Assembly: GCA_036511795.1 (NCBI GenBank)
Contig: DATCBO010000073.1
Location: forward strand, 10,773 to 74,772
DNA from: Xanthobacteraceae bacterium
GTDB lineage: Bacteria > Pseudomonadota > Alphaproteobacteria > Rhizobiales > Xanthobacteraceae
DNA: 64,000 bases
Reading direction: 5' to 3'
Position numbers and translations under genes: made by a program. Shown one piece after another: positions 29,196-38,447 of the stretch. Position 1 is the first letter of the stretch, and the number at the start of each line of letters is the position of its first letter. Below the pieces are notes generated by a model, which saw nothing but the letters and a program-made list of their open reading frames with translations, was not told where the DNA came from and did no database searches.

Positions 29196-30581
29196 ATGAA
29201 AAGTCTTTATTACGTCACGATCAGCGTCACGATCAGCGTCGCGACCGGCGCCGCTTTGGCGCTGCTGGCGACCTCGCCGAGCGTGGCGCCCTGGCTCTCC
29301 CGGGTGACGATCTCCAGGGCAACCGCCTCGCCGTCGGCCGACGCCGCGACCACCTATCATGAGCTCGAGGTGTTCGGCAAAGTGTTCGAGGCCGTGCGCC
29401 AGGACTACGTGGACAAGCCCGATCCCGACAAACTCATTCAATCGGCCCTCGATCGGATGGTGGGCGGCCTCGACCCCCATTCGAATTACATGGATCCCAA
29501 GGACTTCGAGGAAATGCAGGTCGACACGACCGGCCAGTTTGGCGGTCTCGGCATGGAAGTCACGACGGACAACAACCTCGTCAAAGTGATTTCGCCGATC
29601 GACGGCACGCCAGCGTCGAAGGCGGGCATCCTCGCCGGCGACATTATTATGCAGATCGATGGCAAGCCGATTAAAGACGTTCCGCTCGACAAAGTCGTCG
29701 CTCAATTGCGCGGGCCAGTCGGTTCTAAAGTGACCCTCAACATCCAACGTAAGAATGCCGCACAGCTGATCGTCGTGACCCTGACGCGGGAAATCATCAA
29801 GGTCCATCCCGTCAGCTCCAGCGCCGAAGGCGACAATGTCGGCTATCTCCGCATCAAAGAATTCAACGAACTGACGAACGACGAGCTGAAGAGCGCGATC
29901 GCCGACCTGTCGGCGAAAATTCCAGCCGACAAAATGAAGGGCTATATCCTCGACCTGCGCAACAATCCGGGCGGCTTGCTCGATCAGGCTGTCGAAGTCG
30001 TGAACGACTTCATGAGCGCGGGCGAGATCGTATCGACGCGCGGCCGCGACCCCGGCGATGACGAACGGTTCTTTGCCAAGCCCACGGCGGGCGATCTGAC
30101 CCACGGCAAGCCGCTCATTGTCTTGATCAACGGCGGCTCCGCCTCGGCCTCGGAAATTGTTTCCGGCGCCTTGCAGGACCAAAAGCGCGCAACGATTCTC
30201 GGCACACGGTCGTTCGGCAAAGGTTCGGTTCAGACGATCATGCCATTGGGCGCCGGCAACGGCGCGCTCCGCCTCACGACGGCGAAGTATTTTACGCCGT
30301 CCGGCCGGTCGATTCAGGCCGAAGGCATTACGCCGGATATTACGGTGCTGCAGAACGTGCCGAAGGAACTGCAAGGTAGCGGGGCCGAAGTCAGTGAGGC
30401 GAGCCTTCCCGGGCATTTCCACGCGCAAGGCAAGGAAGAAAGGGGCTCGCAGGCGTACGTGCCCCCTAAGCCGCAAGATGATACCGCCCTGCAAACAGCG
30501 CTTGCGCTGTTGCGCGGCAGCAAGGTCGATGCTGCCTTCCCGCCGAAGCGCCAGCAGGCGCTGGCGCGGCAAGCGCATTAA
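29196..30581 (+). CDS. ctpA: S41 carboxyl-terminal processing peptidase
   Basis: 461 aa; PDZ region GFGGLGMEV...PIDGTPASKAGILAGDIIMQIDGKP; catalytic region LDLRNNPGGLL...LINGGSASASEIVSGALQD...GTRSFGKGSVQT. Confidence 0.9.
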   Translation: MKSLYYVTISVTISVATGAALALLATSPSVAPWLSRVTISRATASPSADAATTYHELEVFGKVFEAVRQDYVDKPDPDKLIQSALDRMVGGLDPHSNYMDPKDFEEMQVDTTGQFGGLGMEVTTDNNLVKVISPIDGTPASKAGILAGDIIMQIDGKPIKDVPLDKVVAQLRGPVGSKVTLNIQRKNAAQLIVVTLTREIIKVHPVSSSAEGDNVGYLRIKEFNELTNDELKSAIADLSAKIPADKMKGYILDLRNNPGGLLDQAVEVVNDFMSAGEIVSTRGRDPGDDERFFAKPTAGDLTHGKPLIVLINGGSASASEIVSGALQDQKRATILGTRSFGKGSVQTIMPLGAGNGALRLTTAKYFTPSGRSIQAEGITPDITVLQNVPKELQGSGAEVSEASLPGHFHAQGKEERGSQAYVPPKPQDDTALQTALALLRGSKVDAAFPPKRQQALARQAH

Positions 30582-30607
30582 TCGGCGAATAGCGAACGTG
30601 CAGGCTG

Positions 30608-30641
30608 ATTCCGGGCTCGGCCCCTTGGGCCGACCCGGAAT
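30608..30641. terminator. GC-rich hairpin (REP-like) between convergent ctpA and ubiD-family genes
   Basis: ATTCCGGGCTCGGCC-ccttg-GGCCGACCCGGAAT, a 14-bp stem with one mismatch. No clear U-run. Confidence 0.5.
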
Positions 30642-30647
30642 GACGAT

Positions 30648-32114
30648 TCAATGAAACAGCTTCGGAAATTTCGCCCGCAGTTTCGCGCGCAGATCGCCGC
30701 TGACGTCGACCGTCTCCGGAAAGGTGTTTTTCAGTTTCATGTCGTAGGGAATGCAGGCGTCGATCAGGATGCGGTTGTTGAAATTGCCCGGCAAAAACAA
30801 CGGATCGCGCTTTGACGCCCACGCCTTCTGCACGATGTCGATGTCGGTCTTGGGATCGAACCGCGTGCACATCGCCCACAACACCTGGTCGAGGTCGCCG
30901 GCGTCGATGTCTTCGTCCACCACCACCGTCCATTTGCCCGCATAGGCGCCGCCCTGGCAGGCGCAGGCGACATGCAGCGCCTGGCGCGCATGGCCGGGAT
31001 AGCGCTGGCGGAGCTGGATCGCGGTAAAGCGTGTCGCCGGTCCGGCTTCGTGGTTCCAGACGCCGAGTACTTCTGGGATGCCGCAGGCGTCGAGTGCGCG
31101 CCAGATTTGCGATGCGCCGGCGATGCCTTTGAGCAGGCCGGTCTCGTCGACCGGCTTGTGCTGCGGCGCGCAGGTCAGGATCGGGTCGTTGCGGTGCAGG
31201 ATGGTCTTCACGTTCACATAGGGTCGATCCTGGGTGTCATCGGAATAATAGCCCATCCACTCGCCGAACGGGCCTTCAGGCCTTGTTTGCCCCGGCACTG
31301 TCTCGCCCTCGATGGCGATTTCACAATCGGCCGGGATCGGAAAGCCGGTGAACGGCCCGCGTACCACGTCGATCGGTTCGCCGCGCAAGCCGCCGGCAAT
31401 GTCGTATTCGCTGACTTCCGGCAGCGGGCTTGACGACAGCATGAACAACAGCGGGTCCTGTCCGCACAAAATCACGACCTTCATCGGCTCGCCGCGGGCA
31501 AAATATTTGTCGCGGTGGATGCGGCCGTGTTTGCCTTCGGTGATCTGACAGCCGACGGTTTTGCCGTCATAAACCTGGCTGCGGTAGGCGCCGAGATTGA
31601 ACCAGCCGTCGTCCGGATCCTTGGTGACGACCGCGCAGGCAGTGCCGATGAAGCGCGACTTGTCGGCCTCGTGATGGCGCGGCACCGGAAATTTCAGCAC
31701 GTCGATGTTGTCACCCTCGATGACATTTTCGAAGACCGGGCCGTCGTTGACGAAGCGCGGCTTGAGCGGCTTCATCTCCGCCATGCGCTCGTGATAGCGC
31801 TGCACGATATCGACCTTGCGCTGGTATTCGAGCGGCAGCCCGAGCGTGAGCGCGATGCGCCTGATTGAGGAGAGCTGGCCGTACAGCGTGCGGTAGCCTT
31901 TCGGATAGCCCGGCACGTCGTCGAACAGCAGCGCCGGTGCGTTGCCGCGGCTGTTTTCGGTGAGCATCTGCGTGAGGCCGCCCATCTCGGCGTCCCAGCT
32001 CGCGCCCGACACGCGCTCAAGCTCGCCGAGCTTGTCGACCTGCTCGAGCCAGCCGCGCAGGCCGCGATAGCTGTGGCCCTGATCTGTCCCCGCCGTTGCC
32101 TCGGCACGCGCCAT
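30648..32114 (-). CDS. UbiD-family (prFMN-dependent) decarboxylase
   Basis: Start MARAEATAGTDQG (ATG 32112-32114). LRGWLEQVDKLGELERV...APALLFDDVPGYPKGYRTLYGQL... is typical of the UbiD family. Confidence 0.9.
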   Translation of the reverse strand: MARAEATAGTDQGHSYRGLRGWLEQVDKLGELERVSGASWDAEMGGLTQMLTENSRGNAPALLFDDVPGYPKGYRTLYGQLSSIRRIALTLGLPLEYQRKVDIVQRYHERMAEMKPLKPRFVNDGPVFENVIEGDNIDVLKFPVPRHHEADKSRFIGTACAVVTKDPDDGWFNLGAYRSQVYDGKTVGCQITEGKHGRIHRDKYFARGEPMKVVILCGQDPLLFMLSSSPLPEVSEYDIAGGLRGEPIDVVRGPFTGFPIPADCEIAIEGETVPGQTRPEGPFGEWMGYYSDDTQDRPYVNVKTILHRNDPILTCAPQHKPVDETGLLKGIAGASQIWRALDACGIPEVLGVWNHEAGPATRFTAIQLRQRYPGHARQALHVACACQGGAYAGKWTVVVDEDIDAGDLDQVLWAMCTRFDPKTDIDIVQKAWASKRDPLFLPGNFNNRILIDACIPYDMKLKNTFPETVDVSGDLRAKLRAKFPKLFH

Positions 32115-32246
32115 GCTCGTCTCCGTGTCATAGAATAATGTGCAGCAGAACAATTCGCTGCGTCATCGATGCTGTCAAGCACGTCATGGCCAAGCTTGTC
32201 CGCACAAGGCCGGGCATGACGAGTCGGAATCGAGGTGTCGCCGGTC

Positions 32247-33200
32247 TTACTGCGCCGGGGCGTGCCGGCCGCCGGAATAGCCGTGCTGTTGCACGTGCGT
32301 GTTGATGAGGTTGAGCGCTTCCGGTGTTTCATCCAAGAAACCCCAGCTTCGCATCCAGTCGTAGGTGCGCTGCAGTTCGGCCTCCGGGATCGGCGCCGGA
32401 TCGACGACGTAGATGCGGCTTTCGCGCAGGTCGTCGATCGAAAGCTTGGCGATCTCCGGGTCCTTCGCTTTGTAGTAGTCGATGAAATAGTGGAGATACG
32501 CGCGCTTGTTGGCGTTGATGCGGCGCACGGCCTCGCGCACCGCGCGGTTGAACGCGCTGTAGGTCTCGGCGTCGACGCGGTCGGAGGCGACCTCGGTGCC
32601 GTGATGGAATGCCGAGATGATCAGCCGGCAGCCCTTCTTCTCGGCGAGCGAGATGTACGGCTCGGTCAGCGTGGTGGCTTCGATCTGTCCGGTCATCAAC
32701 AAGTTGAAGCGGTAGGGCGAGCCGTTCGGCACGCGGCCGAGCTTGATCTCTTCGCGCGGCACAAAACCTTCCAGCATCTGCAAGGTCAGATAATGAGTGC
32801 CGAAGAAGAACGGCACGCCGATCTGCCGGCCGGCGAATTGCTGCGGCGTCTGTACCGGCGAATCGCCGCGCACCACGAGCGCCGCGAAGGTGACGATCGA
32901 GCGGCGGCCGATCTGCCGGCTACCGACCTTGGTGCTCTCGACACGGCAGTAGTTGCCCCATTCGCAGGCGTTGTAGAGATCGGCCTTGCCCTCTTCGAGC
33001 AGCTTGCCGTGGCTGGCGTAACGGTTGATGCCCTTGCCGGTGACGTCGGTGACATTGAGCTGCGGCGTCTTGTCGACGCCCTTTTCGCGGTCGGCCCATT
33101 CGATCTTGAGGTCTTCCTTGTCGAACAAGCCCTCCTCGTAGGCGACGAGTTCCGCCAATCCCTGGAATGGCGCCGTCGTCTCAAGCCGCAACGTCTTCAT
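32247..33200 (-). CDS. NMT1/SsuA-like PBP-fold protein without signal peptide
   Basis: Start MKTLRLETTAPFQGLAELVAYEEGLF (ATG 33198-33200, GGAG upstream). No leader. Immediately upstream of and co-directional with the UbiD-family gene. Confidence 0.65.
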   Translation of the reverse strand: MKTLRLETTAPFQGLAELVAYEEGLFDKEDLKIEWADREKGVDKTPQLNVTDVTGKGINRYASHGKLLEEGKADLYNACEWGNYCRVESTKVGSRQIGRRSIVTFAALVVRGDSPVQTPQQFAGRQIGVPFFFGTHYLTLQMLEGFVPREEIKLGRVPNGSPYRFNLLMTGQIEATTLTEPYISLAEKKGCRLIISAFHHGTEVASDRVDAETYSAFNRAVREAVRRINANKRAYLHYFIDYYKAKDPEIAKLSIDDLRESRIYVVDPAPIPEAELQRTYDWMRSWGFLDETPEALNLINTHVQQHGYSGGRHAPAQ

Positions 33201-33301
33201 GGCGATCTCCCGAATGGACAATGGTCGGAGTTTAAATCGGGCCAAACGGCATTTACGTCAATTGAATAACTTGAAACGCAGGTCAGATTTCCTTTAACCT
33301 C

Positions 33302-33434
33302 GTTTCCCGGGCGCAGCGCAGCATGAAGCGAAGCGAAATGGTGCGCTGCAGACCCGGGACCGTTACGAACTCAGAGTCTTTGACGATCCCGGGTCAGCGA
33401 TGCACCGCTGCGCGATGCACCGCATCCGGGAAAC
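33302..33434. repeat. Nested REP-like inverted repeats in a divergent promoter region
   Basis: Outer pair GTTTCCCGGGCGCAGCGCAGCAT / ATGCACCGCATCCGGGAAAC. Inner pair GGTGCGCTGCAGACCCGGGAC / ATCCCGGGTCAGCGATGCACC. Confidence 0.65.
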
Positions 33435-33452
33435 GCGCTCCAAGGCAAGCCA

Positions 33453-34325
33453 ATGCCCGCCAAAGTCCACGACCTCGATCTCGGCAAGCTGCGCGCGTTC
33501 GAAATCGTCGCTCGCAACGGCACCCTGCAGGTCGCGGCCGCGCGGCTCAATCTCACCGTCTCGGCCATCTCCACGCAGCTCAAGCGTCTGGAAGAACTGC
33601 TCGGCGTCGAGCTGTTCCGCCGCACCCCGAGTAAGCTCGTCATCACGCCGGAAGGCGAGCGCTTCGCCGCCGACGTCACGCAAATCCTCGACATGACCGA
33701 GCGGGCGCTGATCCGGCTGGATGAGCGCGGCAGCCATTCCGGCCACGTCAACATCTCGCTCGGCGGCGACTACGCCTGGCTGTTCATGCCCAAGATCAAT
33801 TCGTTCTCGGCGCAGCATCCCAAGATCACGACGACGATCAAGATTCACCGCGGCACCGAGTCGATGACCGCGGTACAGAAAGGCACGGCCGACTTCTCCA
33901 TCGGCGCGTTTCTGCGGCGGCCGAAGGGCCTGCGCTTTCGCACCGTCGCGACCTCGACCATGTCGATCATCTTCAACGAGCGCGACAGGCCCAATCCGGA
34001 AGCGCCGTTGAGCGCGATCGGCGACCGGCTTCTGGTGGCGCCGCGCAGCGCCACGGTGCGCACGCGCCTTGGCAGGTCGCCGCAACTAAAACCGGCGATC
34101 AATTACCTCGAATGCCCCACCTGCCATACCGCGATCGATCTGGTGCGGCGCGAATCCGGCCCGGCGATCGTGCACACCCTTTGTCTTGATCAGGTCGAAG
34201 CCGACGACATCCGTGCCGTCGATCTGGGCAAGTCGTTCGGCGTCGAGCAATTCGTCATCGCCTACAAGGCCTCGACCGTGAAGCAATCGGTGATGCGCGA
34301 TCTGTTGGAGTGGCTGACGAGGTGA
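33453..34325 (+). CDS. LysR family transcriptional regulator
   Basis: 290 aa; HTH region LGKLRAFEIVARNGTLQVAAARLNLTVSAISTQLKRLEELLGVELFRR. Divergent from the PBP-fold/UbiD pair. Confidence 0.9.
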   Translation: MPAKVHDLDLGKLRAFEIVARNGTLQVAAARLNLTVSAISTQLKRLEELLGVELFRRTPSKLVITPEGERFAADVTQILDMTERALIRLDERGSHSGHVNISLGGDYAWLFMPKINSFSAQHPKITTTIKIHRGTESMTAVQKGTADFSIGAFLRRPKGLRFRTVATSTMSIIFNERDRPNPEAPLSAIGDRLLVAPRSATVRTRLGRSPQLKPAINYLECPTCHTAIDLVRRESGPAIVHTLCLDQVEADDIRAVDLGKSFGVEQFVIAYKASTVKQSVMRDLLEWLTR

Positions 34326-34648
34326 GGGGCTTATTACTTATCTCTTGAGGGGATCAACAGGATCGAATTCGCACCCGGTTAGCGTTGGGCCATAGCCACG
34401 GCCGATGAGCTGCTGTCGAAGTCGGTGGTTAAACGGACATCGGGGACGTGTCCAAAAATGACGTTAATGACCCACAGCCGACCTCGTTAAGTTCGCTAAT
34501 ATTACGTCTCGATATTTGCGGTTGCGCTGGCAGCCCTTGCTGGAGCCGTGCTAACCGTGTTCCACTCAACCCGGTTGTCGGACGGTAATAACGGGGACTG
34601 AGGCCTTTGGTCGGCCTGAGGCGCGGGACCGAGATCGGGGAGGCGATC

Positions 34649-35017
34649 ATGAATTTTTTCGAGCTGATCGGATCAGGCCTGCAAAATTACGTGAATTTTT
34701 CAGGACGAGCCACGCGACCTGAATATTGGTGCTGGATTGTGCCCGTCGTCATGATCAACGTTGTGCTGGGCATCGTCGACCAGACGCTCAATCCGGGAAC
34801 TCAGATGGGTACGCTAAGCTGGGTGACCATGGGGGTCTTCTTCGCCTCGATTCCTCCCACCTTGGGCGTCTCAATCCGCCGCTTGCACGATATTGATCAC
34901 GATGGCTTTTGGCTTCTGCTGTGGTTCACAGTGGTTGGCGGCGTCGTGGTAATCTACTGGGCTTGCCAACAGGGTACAGCCGGCCCCAACAGGTTCGGCG
35001 AGCCTCGTGCTCGATAG
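34649..35017 (+). CDS. DUF805 family inner-membrane protein
   Basis: ATG at 34649 after GGGGAGG. NYVNFSGRATRPEYWCW...SIRRLHDIDHDGFWLLL is the DUF805 (YhaH/YhaI-like) signature. Lower GC than the flanks. Confidence 0.75.
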   Translation: MNFFELIGSGLQNYVNFSGRATRPEYWCWIVPVVMINVVLGIVDQTLNPGTQMGTLSWVTMGVFFASIPPTLGVSIRRLHDIDHDGFWLLLWFTVVGGVVVIYWACQQGTAGPNRFGEPRAR

Positions 35018-35312
35018 CTGAATTGCTCCGCGTCATGCGGTTTGAACACATGGAAGCGGCGGCGGTCATTCATGCGCAAATGTCGATTTTTGTGCACCCA
35101 GAGACGTGGATCCACATCGGGCCTCGTTGACGCGTTCGGATCAGCAGCCGACATGACGTGCGCGCCCGAAATCGGGCGAAGTTGACCCATCACGTCATTT
35201 CTGCGCGATCATTTGCTGTGATGCACAAGAGCCCTAATCCGACCTGATGGCGACATGACGGTGCATTCGCCTAACGGAAATTATGGAAGATCGGACCGAC
35301 AGCCCCCCCGGA

Positions 35313-36287
35313 TCAATCCGGCTTGATATTCGCCGCCCGGATCACCTTGCCCCACTTTTCAGTTGCCGCAGCGATGAATTTCCCGAATTCGTCTGACATC
35401 ATCGGCATCGGAACCGCGCCTAGGTCGGACAGTCGCGCCATTATCCTAGGATCGGCAAGACCCGCAATAATCTCCGTGTTGAGCCTGTCGATAATCTCGG
35501 TGGGCGTCTTCTCGGGCGCGCCTATCCCATACCAACCGCTCGCCTCGTAGCCTGGTACAAATTCGGCCACAGCGGGGATATCCGGCAGCGCCTCCGAGCG
35601 TGCCGCACTGGTTACTGCAAGGGCGCGCAGCTTCCCTGTCCGGATATGCGCAATCGCTACCGGTATTGGACCAAATACGACTTGCACCTGTCCGGCGAGC
35701 AGATCAGGCAGGAAACTGCCGCGGTACGGGACGTGAACCAAGTCGATGCTGGTCATCATCTTGAACAGTTCTCCGGCGACATGGCTTGCGCTCCCATTTC
35801 CCGCCGATGCCATGTTAATCTTGCCCGGATTGGCTTTGGCATAAGCGATGAACTCGGGGATCGTTTTGGCCGGAAGGGATGGATTGACCACCACGACATT
35901 GGGAACGCTGCAAATGCTCGCGACCGGCGCGATGTCGCGCATGAAATTGAAATTGAGCTTGTCGTAGAGCGTCGCGTTGATTGAGACTGATTGACCAAAA
36001 TTAAGGAGCGTATAGCCGTCCGACGGTGCCTTCACGACGACTTCGGTGCCGATGTTGCCGCCAGCACCTGGGCGGTTTTCGATGATGAATGATTGACCAA
36101 GCCGCTCCGACAGGCTTTGAGCCGCGAGGCGCGCGATGGTGTCGGATGCATTGCCGGCCGGAAAGCCGACGATAATGCGCACCGGTCGAGACGGGTAGGT
36201 ATCCGCGTTCGCAATCCGTGATACGGCTGGAAGCGCGGCGGCGCTTGCTGCCAGATGCAGAAATTCACGGCGGGGAAGTTTCATCAT
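35313..36287 (-). CDS. Bug/TctC-family substrate-binding protein (Tat signal)
   Basis: Start MMKLPRREFLHLAASAAALPAVSRIANA after GGGAGGG, then DTYPSRPVRIIVGFPAGNASDTIARLAAQSLSERLGQSFIIENRPGAGGNIG. Confidence 0.85.
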   Translation of the reverse strand: MMKLPRREFLHLAASAAALPAVSRIANADTYPSRPVRIIVGFPAGNASDTIARLAAQSLSERLGQSFIIENRPGAGGNIGTEVVVKAPSDGYTLLNFGQSVSINATLYDKLNFNFMRDIAPVASICSVPNVVVVNPSLPAKTIPEFIAYAKANPGKINMASAGNGSASHVAGELFKMMTSIDLVHVPYRGSFLPDLLAGQVQVVFGPIPVAIAHIRTGKLRALAVTSAARSEALPDIPAVAEFVPGYEASGWYGIGAPEKTPTEIIDRLNTEIIAGLADPRIMARLSDLGAVPMPMMSDEFGKFIAAATEKWGKVIRAANIKPD

Positions 36288-36577
36288 GACGCCCTCCCAG
36301 TAACCTCGGTGAGGGGTAGGCTGCGTTGCGGCGCAAAATGAAGCAATTGGCACTTTGCTTCGTTTTTGGAATCTCGGTTTTCCGTCGTTGACGGGAATAG
36401 CGGACATAGCGAAATTATGAGCGCGCGCGTAGACGGCGCGCTTGCGCAGGCCATGAACAGCAAGCCTGAGGCTTGCGCGATGACCTTTTTGATTCGCACG
36501 ATTCGCTTCCTATGCCGCCGCGGCGCAAGCAACGAGCGCAGCAAACCGCCGTGAAATCAATGGCGATTATCCGGTAC

Positions 36578-36606
36578 TTGACTGGTCGGGTAAGCCGTGC
36601 TACTTT
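36578..36606 (+). promoter_or_regulatory. Sigma70-like promoter embedded in the left IR (TTGACT-17-TACTTT)
   Basis: TTGACT at 36578-36583, 17-nt spacer, TACTTT at 36601-36606, about 27 nt upstream of the transposase ATG. The same TACTTGACT core recurs in the two IRs of the neighbouring element. Confidence 0.45.
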
Positions 36607-36632
36607 GCCTCCCCGATCAGGGAGGGAAGGCC

Positions 36633-37529
36633 ATGGCAACCAAGCGACCGAAGCCGGTCCACCAGATGACCGAAGGCCAGTTTGAGGCGGCCTTTCCCGA
36701 TGAGGATGCTTGCAAGGGATATCTGGTCGCCCGCCGATGGCCCGATGGCGTGGTTTGCCCGCGCTGTGGTGCGGTGAAAACCTTCCCGGTGGGTTCGATG
36801 CCTTTCAAATGGCAGTGCTATCAGTGTGCGCCTGACAGCGGCTATCGCTTCTCCCACCTTACCGGCACGGTCTTTGAGAATACGAACAAGCCGTTGCGCC
36901 AGTGGTTCAAGGTCGTTCACCTGATGACGGTCGGCAAAAAGGGCATTAGCTCCCTGCAAATTCAGCGGCAGATGGGCTTTGGCTCTTACGAAACCGCCTT
37001 GACCATGACCCACAAAATTCGCGCGGCGATGATACAGCCGCAAGAGAAGCTTGGTGGCATTGTCGAAATTGACGAAACCTACATCGGCGGAAAAGAAAAG
37101 AACCGCCACTGGGATAAGAAAAAGGGTCGTTACGGCGATAAAACGCCGATCATCGGTGCCGTGCAGCGCAAGGGCAATGTCGTGGCGCGTGTTTTGAAGA
37201 GCGTCACGGCCGATGCCGCCTATGAGTTTGTCAAAGAGGTCGTTTCCAACAAGGTCAGCTTGCTGGCGACCGACGCTTGGTCTGGTTACGATGGGCTGCC
37301 CCATACGCTTCCGCACAAGAGCGTTGACCACCACAAACATCAATACGTTGTCGGCGCGGTCCATACCAACACGATTGAGGGCTTTTGGAGCATCTTTAAG
37401 CGTGGCGTTGTCGGCACGTTCCACAAGGTCAGCGCCAAATATCTGCCGCTGTACGTGGCTGAGTTTCAGTTCAGATATAATAATCGAGCCAATGCGGATA
37501 TTTTCGGCGCGGCGACAGGCGGATGCTAA
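36633..37529 (+). CDS. IS1595-family transposase (zinc ribbon + ISXO2-like DDE domain)
   Basis: ATG at 36633 after GGAGGGAAGG. CPRCGAVKTF...WQCYQCAPDSGYRFSHLTGTVFENT is the zinc ribbon. VEIDETYIGGK...ATDAWSGYDGL...TNTIEGFWSIFKRGVVGTFHKVSAKYLPLYVAEFQFRYNNR is the DDE_Tnp_IS1595 pattern. Confidence 0.9.
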   Translation: MATKRPKPVHQMTEGQFEAAFPDEDACKGYLVARRWPDGVVCPRCGAVKTFPVGSMPFKWQCYQCAPDSGYRFSHLTGTVFENTNKPLRQWFKVVHLMTVGKKGISSLQIQRQMGFGSYETALTMTHKIRAAMIQPQEKLGGIVEIDETYIGGKEKNRHWDKKKGRYGDKTPIIGAVQRKGNVVARVLKSVTADAAYEFVKEVVSNKVSLLATDAWSGYDGLPHTLPHKSVDHHKHQYVVGAVHTNTIEGFWSIFKRGVVGTFHKVSAKYLPLYVAEFQFRYNNRANADIFGAATGGC

Positions 37530-38386
37530 AGATCGCGCAAATAGTCGCCGCAGTAGCGGTAATTGCACTCTTGCTCTCATTGGCGGGGGTTGCGTATCTG
37601 TCATCGCCACCACCCGGTAATCCAAGCCAGCAGCAGTCCGCCGCTGAAGCAAAAAGCGGCAAGCAACCCGAAGAAAAGCGCTCGTTACGGGGCTTTATCG
37701 GCTTCCTGTTCCCCGATTCGATTGCGTTTTTCACTTTCTGGCTGATGTTGGCGACCGTCATTTTGGGAATCGTCGCCGTCGTTCAGATAGGTTACTTGAG
37801 TAGAGCGGAATTTATTACGGCGGCCACGGCCAAAGCCGCCAAAGATCAGGCCAAGGCTGCCGCTGATGCGAACATTGCCGCGACGAAGGCCCTTCAGCAG
37901 AGTCAACGACCGTGGGTTATTGCTGACAGCATCGTTTTTGCTAGGCCGATCTCCTACACTGCCGATAGATACGACATCCAACTTAATTTGATGCTCAAAA
38001 ACACCGGACCTTCGATTGCCACAGATGTTTTTACCGTTATGCGGTTGGAGGAAAATTTGACGACGACTCTCGAAACGAATTGGAACAAAACCGACGAAGA
38101 CCTTCGGGATAGGAAAGAGAACGTCATCAAGCAATCCAAATGGCCGCTGGGTATCGTATTGGCACCCGGTCAGTTCACTCCTCAGCCCTTCGGTTTTGGC
38201 GGACCTGCGGACAAGCCGGGCTCCCCCCCCGCCGTAAAGATTAGAGGAAGGGCTTATTATTTCCTTGGATTGATCGAATACAAAGATCAGTTCGGCCTCA
38301 CCCATAAAACCAGATTTGCCTTCAATCCCGACCCATGGGGCGGCGGAAGCCTTGTCGTTTCCGGCGGCATGCAAGAAGCCGACTAG
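37523..38386 (+). CDS. Passenger gene: uncharacterised membrane protein (3 predicted TM, coiled linker, beta-rich C-domain)
   Basis: 287 aa. The ATG overlaps the transposase stop (ATGCTAA). TM segments are IAQIVAAVAVIALLLSLAGVAYL and FIGFLFPDSIAFFTFWLMLATVILGIVAVVQIGYL. Followed by an intrinsic terminator. Balanced composition, unlike the antisense ORF. Confidence 0.7.
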   Translation: MLKIAQIVAAVAVIALLLSLAGVAYLSSPPPGNPSQQQSAAEAKSGKQPEEKRSLRGFIGFLFPDSIAFFTFWLMLATVILGIVAVVQIGYLSRAEFITAATAKAAKDQAKAAADANIAATKALQQSQRPWVIADSIVFARPISYTADRYDIQLNLMLKNTGPSIATDVFTVMRLEENLTTTLETNWNKTDEDLRDRKENVIKQSKWPLGIVLAPGQFTPQPFGFGGPADKPGSPPAVKIRGRAYYFLGLIEYKDQFGLTHKTRFAFNPDPWGGGSLVVSGGMQEAD

Positions 38387-38422
38387 CGCCAGCGTGACAA
38401 GGACGCGGCGGCCAAAGTCGCC

Positions 38423-38447
38423 AAGCCCCCAGCCGGGGGCTTTTTTA
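38423..38447 (+). terminator. Rho-independent terminator after the passenger gene
   Basis: AAGCCCCC-agcc-GGGGGCTT followed by TTTTTAT; lies inside the IS, before the right IR. Confidence 0.75.

Noticed and set aside
19338-29237. Tandem repeats considered as CRISPR or VNTR arrays
   Set aside because: All have only two to three copies of 12-16 bp with no spacers. No cas genes are present and there is no repeat-spacer periodicity anywhere in the window.
36600-37652. 350-aa minus-strand ORF opposite the first transposase gene
   Set aside because: It is antisense to a transposase with clear zinc-ribbon and DDE motifs, and it has no recognisable domains.
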